From Minisyncoccota bacterium (lineage in GTDB: Bacteria > Patescibacteriota > Minisyncoccia > Phycocordibacterales > UBA9973), in the NCBI GenBank assembly GCA_035353995.1, contig DAOQAL010000001.1:70867-134866 (forward strand): a stretch of DNA of 64,000 nucleotides, read 5' to 3'. The notes under the pieces were generated by a model. The model searched no databases, was not told the origin of the DNA, and saw only the letters and a list, made by a program, of their open reading frames with translations. Positions 36,231 to 46,199 of the stretch are shown here, piece by piece (within the stretch, counting starts at the first letter, position 1; each line of letters begins with the position of its first letter). Position numbers and translations under genes: made by a program.

Positions 36231-38624
36231 ATGGAGAAAGAAAAAAACGGAAAAAAAACGCTAGTTTTGCTTGATTCTCACGCAATAATTCATCGTGCTT
36301 ATCATGCATTGCCGGAGTTTTTGTCATCAAAAGGTGAACCAACGGGAGCACTTTATGGATTATCAAGTATGCTGATGAAAATAATTTCTGATTTGAAGCC
36401 AGACTATATTGTAGCTTGTTATGATTTACCTCAAAAAACTTTTAGACATGAAGCATATGAAGCTTATAAAGCAGGTAGAGCAAAAGCGGATGAAGCATTA
36501 ATTTCTCAATTGAAATCTTCAAGAAGAATTTTTGAAGCATTTAATATTCCTATTTATGATTCTCCTGGTTTTGAAGCGGATGACTTACTAGGAACAATTG
36601 TTGAAAAATTAAAAAAAGAAAAAAATATAAACATAGTTATTGCATCTGGTGACATGGATACAATGCAATTAGTAAAGGATAAAAAAGTTCAAGTTTATAC
36701 TCTTAAAAAGGGGATTAACGATACTATTTTATATGATGAAGAAAAAGTTTTAGAACGTTTTAATTTTTCTCCAAAATTTTTGCCAGATTATAAGGGATTA
36801 CGTGGTGACCCTTCAGATAATATTATCGGTATTAAAGGCATAGGAGAAAAGACAGCAACAAGTTTGATTGTTAAATTTGGCACGATAGAAGAAATTTATA
36901 AAAAAATAAAAAAAGGAGAAAAGGAATTTTCAGAAATTGGCATAAGCCCTAGAGTTATTGAATTGATAAAAAATAACGAGGAAGAAGCATTATTCTCTAA
37001 AACATTAGCTACAATAAGAAAAGATGCACCAATTGATTTTAATATTCCAGAAAAAACTTTTTGGGATAATGTAGATTACAAAAAAATTGAACAAATTTTC
37101 TCTGAATTTGAATTTCGTAGTTTACTTACAAGGGTTAAGAATTTTTTTGGAAAGAATGGTGCTGAAAGTAAGACGAATGTAACAGGTTTATTTGCAGATA
37201 CAAAAAATAAAGAAGAAATAAATGAGGAAAAATTACAAGAAGCATCAATTGGTTTGTGGCTTATAAATTCAGAGATGACAAATCCTACAATAGAAGATAT
37301 ATTACATTTTGCAAAAACCGATTCATTTTCAACTGCCTATGAATTTATTTTAAAGAAAATAAAAGAACAAAAACTAGATAAGGTTTTTGAAGAGATAGAA
37401 AAACCAATTATAAAAATCGTAAAAGAAATGGAAGATCATGGTATTTTAATAGATCAAAAATATTTTAGTGACCTATCTGTGGAATATCATAAAGAATTGG
37501 ATAAATTGACTAAAAAAATATATGAAATGGCTGGATCAGAATTTAATATAAATTCTCCAAAACAATTGAGTGAAGTGCTTTTTAGTAAAATGGGTATGAA
37601 ATCAGGAAAGAAAAAAGGAGCCAGTGGTTCTTTTTCTACTAAGGTTTCTATATTGGAAGAACTTGAAGAAAAAAATCCAATAATAAAAGAAATTTTATCT
37701 TATAGAGAATTACAGAAATTACTTTCAACTTATGTTGATGTTATTCCTAAAATGGTAGGAAAAGATGAAAGACTGCATGCAAAATTTTTACAAAATGGAA
37801 CTTCAACAGGGAGGTTTTCTTCTCAAGAACCTAATTTGCAAAATCTACCAATTAGATCTGAACTTGGTAAAAAAATAAGAGGTGGCTTTATACCACAAAA
37901 AGGTTATAAATTGTCGTCTTTTGATTATTCTCAAATAGAATTGAGAGTTGCAGCTATTCTTTCAAAAGATAAAAAAATGACAAAAATATTTCATGAAAAA
38001 AAAGATGCTCACGCTGGTGTTGCTTCTTTTGTTTTTGATGTGCCATTAGAAAAAGTAGATAGTGAAATGCGTCGCAAAGCAAAAGTAATAAATTTCGGAA
38101 TAATATATGGTATGGGTGTTTCTGCTTTACAGAAAAATCTTGGTAGTAATCGTGAGGAAGCTCAAAAATTTTATAATAATTACTTTAACCAATTTTCTGG
38201 AATAAGAGATTATTTAGATGGTGTAAAAGAATTTGCAATGAAAAATACTTTTACTCTTACTCTTTTTGGCAGGAGAAGATATTTTCCAAATATAAATTCC
38301 AGAATTCCTTTTTTAAAAAATATGGCAGAACGAACTGCAACCAATGCTCCTATACAGGGTACTGCAGCTGACATTATAAAATTGGCTATTAGGTTTGCGG
38401 AAGAAGATTTAGAAAAAGCTGATCTTTTAGATAAAGCACATTTAGTGTTACAGATACATGATGAATTAGTTTATGAAATAGAAGAAAGTGTGCTTGAAAA
38501 AGCAACGAAAATAATACAAAAAGCAATGGAAGAAGTATTACAAAGATCATATCTAAAATATGAAACAGATATTCCATTATCTGTTCATTTTGGTTCAGGG
38601 GATAATTTGGTAGAAGCTAAATAG
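36231..38624 (+). CDS. polA: DNA polymerase I
   Basis: 5'-3' exonuclease (HRAYHA, EADD, SGDMD, GDPSDNI) plus family A motifs (DYSQIELR, RRKAKVINFGIIYG, LQIHDEL). Confidence 0.96.
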   Translation: MEKEKNGKKTLVLLDSHAIIHRAYHALPEFLSSKGEPTGALYGLSSMLMKIISDLKPDYIVACYDLPQKTFRHEAYEAYKAGRAKADEALISQLKSSRRIFEAFNIPIYDSPGFEADDLLGTIVEKLKKEKNINIVIASGDMDTMQLVKDKKVQVYTLKKGINDTILYDEEKVLERFNFSPKFLPDYKGLRGDPSDNIIGIKGIGEKTATSLIVKFGTIEEIYKKIKKGEKEFSEIGISPRVIELIKNNEEEALFSKTLATIRKDAPIDFNIPEKTFWDNVDYKKIEQIFSEFEFRSLLTRVKNFFGKNGAESKTNVTGLFADTKNKEEINEEKLQEASIGLWLINSEMTNPTIEDILHFAKTDSFSTAYEFILKKIKEQKLDKVFEEIEKPIIKIVKEMEDHGILIDQKYFSDLSVEYHKELDKLTKKIYEMAGSEFNINSPKQLSEVLFSKMGMKSGKKKGASGSFSTKVSILEELEEKNPIIKEILSYRELQKLLSTYVDVIPKMVGKDERLHAKFLQNGTSTGRFSSQEPNLQNLPIRSELGKKIRGGFIPQKGYKLSSFDYSQIELRVAAILSKDKKMTKIFHEKKDAHAGVASFVFDVPLEKVDSEMRRKAKVINFGIIYGMGVSALQKNLGSNREEAQKFYNNYFNQFSGIRDYLDGVKEFAMKNTFTLTLFGRRRYFPNINSRIPFLKNMAERTATNAPIQGTAADIIKLAIRFAEEDLEKADLLDKAHLVLQIHDELVYEIEESVLEKATKIIQKAMEEVLQRSYLKYETDIPLSVHFGSGDNLVEAK

Positions 38625-38647
38625 CCTATTTGTAGTATAATTATTAT

Positions 38648-39130
38648 ATGGAAGATGCACAAAAAACAATTGAAAAAGAAGCAGAAACTAATCTATATAA
38701 AAATAAAGTGCACTGGACTTTAACGCATTCTTACTTTTTTTATTTTTTTATGTTTTTAATAGGTTTTTTCTTTGAATTGATTTTTCCATTAAAAATATTT
38801 AAAGATTCTATAGCTATACATTTTGGTGCTATTCTTATTCTTGCAGGCACAGTATTAATTTTTTGGGCACAAAAAACTTCTAGAAATTTAAAAAAGGATG
38901 AAGTTACTTTTCTTAAAGGACCTTATAAAATTACTCGTAGTCCTACACACTGGGGATTATTTTTGCTTATGTTAGGTTTTAGTTTTATAGCGAATGCTCT
39001 TTTTGTAATTATTTCTACACTTATATCATTTATTGTAGCTAAGTTTATTTTCTTAAAGAAAGAAGAATTAATTTTAGAAAATAAATATGGTGAATTATAT
39101 AAAGAGTACAAAAAATCAGTTAAGTTTTAA
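38648..39130 (+). CDS. Isoprenylcysteine carboxylmethyltransferase/PEMT-like membrane protein
   Basis: GPYKITRSPTHWG, EELILENKYGELYKEYKKSV. Confidence 0.8.
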   Translation: MEDAQKTIEKEAETNLYKNKVHWTLTHSYFFYFFMFLIGFFFELIFPLKIFKDSIAIHFGAILILAGTVLIFWAQKTSRNLKKDEVTFLKGPYKITRSPTHWGLFLLMLGFSFIANALFVIISTLISFIVAKFIFLKKEELILENKYGELYKEYKKSVKF

Positions 39131-39133
39131 ATT

Positions 39134-39781
39134 ATGATATACCTTTTTGCTGGTGATGACGTAAAAAACAAAATTGAGAACTATGAAATTTTTTTAGAGT
39201 CTCTTAAAAAAGAAATGGAGATCTTTTTTGTTAATAAAAATAATTTTGATCCTATTCAAATTGAAAGTTTTTATTCTGGTAGTGGTTTATTTTTTTCCAA
39301 ATGTGTGATTGTTTTTACAAATATATTTGAAAAAGAAGAAATACAAAATTTTGTTTTAGAAAAATTGTCTTTTTTTGGTGAATCACAAAATTTATTTATT
39401 TTTTCTGAAGGCAAATTAAACAAGACAACTATTGATGCTTTTAAAAAAGCTAGAGCAGAATTAAATATATTTGAATTACCAAAATATAAAAAAGAAAAAT
39501 ATAATAGTTTTCTTTTGGCAAATGCTTTTGAAGCAAAAGATAAAATCAAACTCTGGATTTATTTTAGACAAGCAATTGATCTTGATGTAGCAATGGAAGA
39601 ATTGGCCGGAATCCTTTCTTGGAAGGTGAAAGATATGATCTTAAAAAGAAACTTTAGTAAGTTTAAAGAAGAAGAATTACAGAATTTTTCTTCTAAACTT
39701 TCATATTTATTACCTGAAGCTAGACGCAATGGAATAGATGCAGAATCAGCGTTCGAACAGTTTCTACTTGAAGCTTTTTAA
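39134..39781 (+). CDS. Putative DNA polymerase III delta subunit (HolA-like, short)
   Basis: MIYLFAGDD start, GLFFSK, C-terminal AFEQFLL pattern. Confidence 0.6.
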   Translation: MIYLFAGDDVKNKIENYEIFLESLKKEMEIFFVNKNNFDPIQIESFYSGSGLFFSKCVIVFTNIFEKEEIQNFVLEKLSFFGESQNLFIFSEGKLNKTTIDAFKKARAELNIFELPKYKKEKYNSFLLANAFEAKDKIKLWIYFRQAIDLDVAMEELAGILSWKVKDMILKRNFSKFKEEELQNFSSKLSYLLPEARRNGIDAESAFEQFLLEAF

Positions 39782-39804
39782 AAAAAATGTTAATTTAAGA
39801 GAAT

Positions 39805-39880
39805 CCGCCCTTAGCTCAGCTGGTAGAGCTGCTCCCTTTTAAGGAGAAGGTCGCAGGTTCGATTCCTGCAGGGCGGACCA
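39805..39880 (+). tRNA. tRNA-Lys(TTT)
   Basis: Acceptor CCGCCCT/AGGGCGG, loop CTTTTAA, encoded CCA. Confidence 0.95.
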
Positions 39881-39884
39881 CGTT

Positions 39885-39924
39885 AAGAAAAATCCTCCCT
39901 GCGGAGGATTTTTTAGTGGTCCGA
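39885..39924 (+). repeat. 40-bp direct repeat copy 1 (terminator-like hairpin plus anti-tRNA 8-mer)
   Basis: AAGAAAAATCCTCCCTGCGGAGGATTTTTTAGTGGTCCGA, identical to 40372-40411. Confidence 0.95.
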
Positions 39925-40007
39925 AATGGGGATTAAACTTATTGACAAGGTACTGTATAAAAGGTAATCTAAAAAAAGATTTGTATAAATTTTAAAAACA
40001 TATATAT

Positions 40008-40271
40008 ATGGAAAAAACAAATTGGCAAATTCATCCCGCTGATTTTTATTGGGAAATCTCTGATAAATTGTCATATGTAAAAATGTTTTTTTGTAGTCGT
40101 TTGAGGTTGTTTTTGTATCGCTTTTATATTTGTAACGATGAATTCCATCATTCTTTGAGTACAGATATTGAAGCATTGATGACAATGAATGACAAACAAA
40201 AAGCAAAATATATGGCTTATTTAGACAGAAAAAAAATAATTGCCCATGAAAGAGAATCTAAAGCGGTTTAA
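40008..40271 (+). CDS. Orphan 87-aa hypothetical protein between the direct repeats
   Basis: Own promoter TTGACA(39942)-N17-TAATCT and a downstream hairpin at about 40280-40315. Confidence 0.65.
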   Translation: MEKTNWQIHPADFYWEISDKLSYVKMFFCSRLRLFLYRFYICNDEFHHSLSTDIEALMTMNDKQKAKYMAYLDRKKIIAHERESKAV

Positions 40272-40371
40272 CTAACAAATGACCATTTCTTTGTTAAAAA
40301 GGAGTGGCCATTTTTCTTTCTATAATACCCTATAAACATCAATTGATTATATAATTCTCTCAAATACAACA

Positions 40372-40411
40372 AAGAAAAATCCTCCCTGCGGAGGATTTTT
40401 TAGTGGTCCGA
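40372..40411 (+). repeat. 40-bp direct repeat copy 2
   Basis: Identical to 39885-39924. Confidence 0.95.
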
Positions 40412-40466
40412 GCCGGAGCAGGTTTTTATGAAAAGTTTTGTTTTATTGGTATGATATAATTTTAAT

Positions 40467-43025
40467 ATGGAAAATAATACAAATACAGTTAAGTATCAGG
40501 GTGTTTCACAAATAGAAGCTGATGAGATTCTTAAAAAAGACGGTTTTAATGAACTCCCTTCACAAAAAAAGAAGAATAGCTTAATAATTTTATTAAAAAT
40601 TATGTCAGAGCCAATGCTTTTATTGCTAGTTGGAGCTGGTGTAATTTATTTATTCTTAGGTGAAATAAGAGATGCTCTTTTGCTTGTGTTTTCTGTAATT
40701 GTTGTTATTGGTATAACTTTCTACCAGGAAAAAAAGACTGAGAGGACGTTAGAAGCATTGAAAGATTTATCTAGCCCAAGAGCTTTAGTCTTTAGAGATG
40801 GAGAACAAAAAAGAATTGCAGGTAAAGAAGTTGTTAAAGGTGACATAATAATAATTCACGAAGGTGACAGAATACCTGCTGATGCGACAATTTTATCTTG
40901 TGAAAATCTTTCAGTTGATGAATCTTTATTAACCGGTGAATCCATTCCTGTAAGAAAAACAGAATGGAGCAAAGATGAAAAACAACCAAGACCAGGAGGA
41001 GATGATTTACCTTTTGTATTTTCAAGTACTTTAGTTGTAGATGGTCGTGGTGTTGCAAGAGTAAGTTCTACTGGACCAAATACAGAAATTGGTAAAATTG
41101 GAAAAAGTCTTGAGAAAATTAAAGATGAAGATACGCTTTTACATAAAGAAACAAAAAAAATTGTTCGCTCTGTTGCTCTTGTTGGGATAGTTTTGTGTAT
41201 TATTGTTGTTTTATTTTATGTTTTTGTAAAAGGAAATATAATGGGTGGTTTTCTAGCTGGAATAACATTAAGTATGGCTATTCTTCCAGAAGAATTTCCT
41301 GTTGTACTTTTAGTTTTTTTAACATTAGGAGCATGGAGAATTTCAAAAAGGAAAGTTCTTACAAGAAGATCAGCTGCTATTGAAACATTAGGAGCTGCAA
41401 CTGTTCTTTGCACGGATAAAACTGGTACTTTAACTTTAAATAAAATGGAATTGGTTAATTTATATGCTGGTGGTTTATTTTACGATATTGATTCTTCTTC
41501 TAACAAAAATGAAATGCCTGAACAGTTTAAAACTCTTTTAGAATATGGAATTTTAGCTAGTCAGAAAGACCCATTTGATCCTATTGAAAAAGAATTAAAA
41601 AAATTTGGCAATACACATGTTGAAAGAGTAAAAGATTTACAAAATAATTTTGATCTTACAAAAGAATATCCTTTATCAAAAAAATTATTAGCATTGTCTC
41701 ATGTTTGGCAATCAAAAGATAAGAAAGAATTTATTATTGCATCTAAAGGAGCGCCAGAAGCAATTTTAGAATTATGTCATTCAAGTGATGAACAGAAAAA
41801 AGAAATTTTAAAAAAGGTAAAAGAAATGTCAGAAAAAGGTTTGCGTGTTCTTGGTGTTGCAAAAGGTGCAGTTGTTGGCAACTCTCTTTCAGATAATCAG
41901 CACGATTTTGATTTTGAATTTATTGGTCTTCTTGGTTTTGTTGATCCTGTTCGTCAAACAGTACCTACTGCTGTTGCTGAAGCTTATGAAGCTGGTATGA
42001 GAGTGATAATGATTACAGGAGATTATCCTGGAACTGCTCAATTTGTAGCAGAAAAAATAGGTATTAAAAATTACAAAGAATATTTAACTGGAGAAGATTT
42101 AGCAAAGATGAGTCATTTAGAGCTCAAAGAAAAAATAAAATCAGTAAATATTTTTGCAAGAGTTGTGCCTGAGCAAAAATTGCTTATCATTGATGCTTTG
42201 AAAGCAAACAATGAAATTGTTGCTATGACAGGTGATGGTGTAAACGATGCTCCTGCACTTAAATCTGCTCATATAGGTGTGGCTATGGGCGAAAGAGGGA
42301 CAGATGTTGCAAGAGAAGCCTCAGCCCTTGTTTTGCTTAATGATGATTTTTCTTCAATAGTTTCCGCTGTTCGTTTAGGAAGAAGAATTTATGACAATAT
42401 AAAAAGATCAATGGGATATTTATTAGCAGTTCATGTTCCTATCGCTGGTATGTCTTTATTACCTTTAATTTTTGATTTTCCAATTGTATTATTGCCTGCA
42501 CACGTTGCGTTTTTGGAATTAATTATTGACCCTGCTTGTTCAATAGCATTTGAATCAGAGAATGAAGAAAAAAATATAATGAAAAGACCACCGAGAAATT
42601 TGCATGAACCAATGTTTAATAGAAAAACAATTGGAATTAGTGTAATTCAAGGATTATCAATATTGATAGCAACTTTTGTTTTGTATTTTATCGCTGTTAA
42701 AACTGGTAGAAGTGAGCAAGAAATAAGATCATTTGCTTTTGTGTCATTAGTTTTCTCTAATTTAATGCTTATAGCCATTAACTTATCTTGGGATAAGAGT
42801 TTACATAGAATACTTATGTCAGCAAATAGAATTTTATTTATTATTTTAATTGGTGCTATTCTTTGTTTGCTAGCCGTACTTTATGTGCCATTTTTCTCTA
42901 ATCTATTTCATATGGCCCCATTACGTATAATGGATATAGGATTTATTGTTTTGATTGTGTTTATAAGTTTATTTTGGTTTGAATTGTTTAAATTATTTAA
43001 AATTAAAAAACTAAAGACATTATAA
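40467..43025 (+). CDS. Cation-transporting P-type ATPase (P2-like)
   Basis: DESLLTGES, PEEFP, DKTGTLT, KGAPE, MTGDGVNDAPAL. Confidence 0.95.
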   Translation: MENNTNTVKYQGVSQIEADEILKKDGFNELPSQKKKNSLIILLKIMSEPMLLLLVGAGVIYLFLGEIRDALLLVFSVIVVIGITFYQEKKTERTLEALKDLSSPRALVFRDGEQKRIAGKEVVKGDIIIIHEGDRIPADATILSCENLSVDESLLTGESIPVRKTEWSKDEKQPRPGGDDLPFVFSSTLVVDGRGVARVSSTGPNTEIGKIGKSLEKIKDEDTLLHKETKKIVRSVALVGIVLCIIVVLFYVFVKGNIMGGFLAGITLSMAILPEEFPVVLLVFLTLGAWRISKRKVLTRRSAAIETLGAATVLCTDKTGTLTLNKMELVNLYAGGLFYDIDSSSNKNEMPEQFKTLLEYGILASQKDPFDPIEKELKKFGNTHVERVKDLQNNFDLTKEYPLSKKLLALSHVWQSKDKKEFIIASKGAPEAILELCHSSDEQKKEILKKVKEMSEKGLRVLGVAKGAVVGNSLSDNQHDFDFEFIGLLGFVDPVRQTVPTAVAEAYEAGMRVIMITGDYPGTAQFVAEKIGIKNYKEYLTGEDLAKMSHLELKEKIKSVNIFARVVPEQKLLIIDALKANNEIVAMTGDGVNDAPALKSAHIGVAMGERGTDVAREASALVLLNDDFSSIVSAVRLGRRIYDNIKRSMGYLLAVHVPIAGMSLLPLIFDFPIVLLPAHVAFLELIIDPACSIAFESENEEKNIMKRPPRNLHEPMFNRKTIGISVIQGLSILIATFVLYFIAVKTGRSEQEIRSFAFVSLVFSNLMLIAINLSWDKSLHRILMSANRILFIILIGAILCLLAVLYVPFFSNLFHMAPLRIMDIGFIVLIVFISLFWFELFKLFKIKKLKTL

Positions 43026-43030
43026 TTTTT

Positions 43031-43501
43031 ATGAAAGAGTCTATTTTAATTCTTCCTGATATAAGAAGTGCTCAAAACGTAGGAGCAATTTTTAGAACAG
43101 CTGAAGCTGCAGGTATTTCAAAGATTTATTTAACAGGATATACTCCTTGCCCAATCGATAAATTCAATAGAGCAAGAAAAGATATTGCAAAAGCTTCTCT
43201 TGGTGCAGAAATTTATGTTCCTTGGGAATATAAAAAATCAATAATTCCTCTTTTGTCTATTTTGAAAAAGAAAAATTATAAAATAATTGCTATTGAACAA
43301 GATAAAAATTCTACTGATTACAAAAAAATAAAAATAGGGAATAAAAATGCATTTATTGTCGGAACAGAAGTGTCTGGTCTTGATAAAAAAGTTCTTAAAA
43401 AATGTGATGTAATTGCTGAAATACCAATGAATGGCAAAAAAGAATCACTGAATGTTTCAGTGGCTCTTGGAATTGGGCTATTTAGAATTTTAAATATTTA
43501 A
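43031..43501 (+). CDS. TrmH/SpoU family RNA methyltransferase
   Basis: NVGAIFRTA, GTEVSGL, IPMNGKKESLNVSVA. Confidence 0.92.
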   Translation: MKESILILPDIRSAQNVGAIFRTAEAAGISKIYLTGYTPCPIDKFNRARKDIAKASLGAEIYVPWEYKKSIIPLLSILKKKNYKIIAIEQDKNSTDYKKIKIGNKNAFIVGTEVSGLDKKVLKKCDVIAEIPMNGKKESLNVSVALGIGLFRILNI

Positions 43502-44058
43502 TGAGATAAGATTTTTAGCGCTTCTTTAATCTTTTTATTTGTGTCCATATTGGAAGGTATTTTTTTCAATGCTTCACGTGCTTGAGATTGTGAATAGCCT
43601 AAAGTCTTTAATGCTTCCATTGCATCAAGTTCTTCTTGTAGAGAACCATCCATGTTTTCTTTTCCTATTTTGTCTCTTAATTCCAATACGATTTTTTCCG
43701 CAGTTTTTTTACCTATACCTGATATTTTTGTTAAATAAGAAATATCTCCAGTTCCAATCGCTTTTTTTAATGTTTCTATTTGTGCAATGCCAAGAATAGT
43801 TAGTGCTGATCTTGGACCAATTCCAGATACTGCCAAAAGCATTTCAAAAAATTCTAATTCTTGATAGTCTAAGAAACCATAAATATCTTCTGCGTCTTCT
43901 TTTATATGTACATGAGTCCAAAAGAAAATTTCGTCTACTTTCTGAATTTTTAACAATGTATCTGGCGAAATGTTTATTTTATAACCAATACCACCAGTCT
44001 CAACAATGATAAATTTGTCTTTTTTAAACGTTATTTTGCCTTTTATGCTACCAATCAT
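43498..44058 (-). CDS. ruvA: Holliday junction DNA-binding subunit
   Basis: GGIGY, VSGIGPRSA, GIGKKTAEKIVLELRDK, ALKTLGY. Confidence 0.96.
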   Translation of the reverse strand: MIGSIKGKITFKKDKFIIVETGGIGYKINISPDTLLKIQKVDEIFFWTHVHIKEDAEDIYGFLDYQELEFFEMLLAVSGIGPRSALTILGIAQIETLKKAIGTGDISYLTKISGIGKKTAEKIVLELRDKIGKENMDGSLQEELDAMEALKTLGYSQSQAREALKKIPSNMDTNKKIKEALKILSH

Positions 44059-44111
44059 GCTTTTAGTATAACATATTTGCGTTTTTTGCAGATTTTTGAT
44101 ATGTTTAACCT

Positions 44112-44363
44112 ATGCCAATAATTAGATCAGCAAAAAAAGCAATCCGTGTTTCAGCTAGAAAAAAAGCTGTAAACGATCGCAGAAAGAGAACAATGAAAGA
44201 TGTAATCAAGAAGATTGAGAAACTTTCAAAAACAGACAAGAAAGAGGCTGAACAAACACTAAGCTCTGCTTTTCAGGTAATTGATAAGGCGGCAAAAAGG
44301 GGTATTATAAAAAAGAACAATGCTGCTAGAAAAAAGTCTCGCCTTTCAAGATTAGTAAAATAA
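44112..44363 (+). CDS. rpsT: 30S ribosomal protein S20
   Basis: SAKKAIR, IDKAAKRGIIKKNNAARKKSRL. Confidence 0.96.
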   Translation: MPIIRSAKKAIRVSARKKAVNDRRKRTMKDVIKKIEKLSKTDKKEAEQTLSSAFQVIDKAAKRGIIKKNNAARKKSRLSRLVK

Positions 44364-44373
44364 TCTGAAAAAA

Positions 44374-44637
44374 ATGTCACATCTTCTTGAATTTTATGGA
44401 ACAGAGTGTCCACATTGTGTTAGAATGCATAATTTGGTAATTCGTCTTGAACAAAAAGAAGGAATAAAAATAGATTCTATAGAAGTCTGGCATAATAAGG
44501 AAAATGAAAAACGTCTAATTGAAATAGATCGAGATTTTTGTGGGGGAGTTCCATTTTTCTATAATGAAAAAACAAAAAAATATATTTGTGGAGATGTAAG
44601 TTATAGAGAATTAAAAAAATGGGCAGAGGATAAATAA
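44374..44637 (+). CDS. Thioredoxin/glutaredoxin-like protein
   Basis: EFYGTECPHC, CGGVPFF. Confidence 0.85.
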   Translation: MSHLLEFYGTECPHCVRMHNLVIRLEQKEGIKIDSIEVWHNKENEKRLIEIDRDFCGGVPFFYNEKTKKYICGDVSYRELKKWAEDK

Positions 44638-44638
44638 T

Positions 44639-45451
44639 ATGGCAATAATTGAAGTACAAAATTTAACTAAGAAATTTGAAGACTTCACAGCAGTGAATAA
44701 TATTTCTTTTTCAATCGAAGAGGGTGAAATTTTTGCTTTTTTGGGTCCCAATGGAGCTGGTAAATCTACAACTATTAAAATGCTAACAACTGTTCTCTCT
44801 CCATCTTCTGGTAACCTTATGCTTGATGGACATAATATAGTTAGTGAACAAAGAGATGTTAGGAATTCATTTGGAATCGTATTTCAGGACCCTAGTTTAG
44901 ATGATGAACTTACTGCGTATGAAAATATGGAAACGCATGGTGTTCTTTATCATATGAAAAAAAAGAATCGTCGCGAGAGGATCAAACAATTACTTGAATT
45001 TGTAGAATTATGGGACAGAAAAGATGTTTTTGTTAAAAAGTTTTCTGGTGGTATGAAACGACGTCTTGAAATAGCCCGTGGTTTACTTCATTGTCCAAAA
45101 GTTTTATTTTTAGATGAACCTACACTAGGTCTTGATCCACAAACACGTAATCATATGTGGGAATATTTACGTAAGCTTAATCAAACTGAAAAGATTACAA
45201 TTTTTTTTACTACGCATTATATGGAAGAAGTAGAACATATAGCAAATAGAGTTGCTATTATTGATCATGGAAATATTGTTACTTCAGGCACAGTGGATCA
45301 ATTAAAAAAGAGTACTGGCGCTCAATCGTTAGAAGAAGCATTTTTAAAATTAACAGGTAATGATATTCGTAAAGATGAGGCAAATAAAATAGATGCAATG
45401 CGTTCTCATCGCAAGGTCTGGAGAAACACAACTGATGTTAAATCAGTATAA
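44639..45451 (+). CDS. ABC transporter ATP-binding protein (DrrA-like exporter)
   Basis: GPNGAGKST, FSGGMKRRLEIARGL, LDEPTLGLDPQ. Confidence 0.93.
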   Translation: MAIIEVQNLTKKFEDFTAVNNISFSIEEGEIFAFLGPNGAGKSTTIKMLTTVLSPSSGNLMLDGHNIVSEQRDVRNSFGIVFQDPSLDDELTAYENMETHGVLYHMKKKNRRERIKQLLEFVELWDRKDVFVKKFSGGMKRRLEIARGLLHCPKVLFLDEPTLGLDPQTRNHMWEYLRKLNQTEKITIFFTTHYMEEVEHIANRVAIIDHGNIVTSGTVDQLKKSTGAQSLEEAFLKLTGNDIRKDEANKIDAMRSHRKVWRNTTDVKSV

Positions 45452-45455
45452 AAAT

Positions 45456-46199
45456 ATGAATGTAATTTTTATTTTATGGCTTAGACAAATTAAAAGATAT
45501 TTAAGATCTAAATCAAGAGTATTTGGTTCTTTAGCTCAACCACTTTTCTTTTTATTTGCTCTTGGTTTTGGTTTTGGACCAGTATTTTCTAAAGCAGGGG
45601 AAGGTAACTATATACAATTTTTGGTTCCTGGAATTATTAGCATGACAATAATTTTCACATCTATATCTGCCGGTATGGAAATTATTTGGGATAAACAATT
45701 CGGATTCTTAAAAGAAACTCTTGTCGCCCCTGTTTCTCGTCTTAATATAATGATAGGGCGAACTCTGGGAGGAGCTACAATTGCTACATTCCAAGGAACC
45801 GTTGTTTTGTTTTTGTCTTTAATAGTTGGCTTTCACCCAATTTCTTGGATGCTTGTTCCTTTGGCTATATTAATTATGTTTTTATCTTCATTATTATTTA
45901 CAGCTTTAGGTACTGCTATTGCTTCAAAATTAGACGATATGCAAGGTTTCCAGATGATAATGAACTTTTTAGTTATGCCATTATTTTTTCTTTCAGGAGC
46001 AATTTTTCCTCTTGATAGAACAACTACACTTGGTACGATAGCGTCCTTTGATCCATTGTCATATACAGTAGATGCATTAAGAAATTTACTTACTAATATT
46101 CATTTTTTCTCTCTTGCTAGAGATGTTTCCTTGCTAGCAATTTTAACAATTGTATTTTTAGTAATTGGAAGTTATTTTTTCTCAAAGGTTCAAATTTAA
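45456..46199 (+). CDS. ABC-2 type permease (DrrB-like)
   Basis: FLVPGII, DKQFGFLKETLVAPVSR, FFLSGAIFP; start reassigned to MNVIF. Confidence 0.92.
   Translation: MNVIFILWLRQIKRYLRSKSRVFGSLAQPLFFLFALGFGFGPVFSKAGEGNYIQFLVPGIISMTIIFTSISAGMEIIWDKQFGFLKETLVAPVSRLNIMIGRTLGGATIATFQGTVVLFLSLIVGFHPISWMLVPLAILIMFLSSLLFTALGTAIASKLDDMQGFQMIMNFLVMPLFFLSGAIFPLDRTTTLGTIASFDPLSYTVDALRNLLTNIHFFSLARDVSLLAILTIVFLVIGSYFFSKVQI

Noticed and set aside
43498-44058. ruvA separated from ruvB/ruvC as a sign of rearrangement by a mobile element
   Set aside because: No boundary repeats or mobile genes; split ruv loci are common
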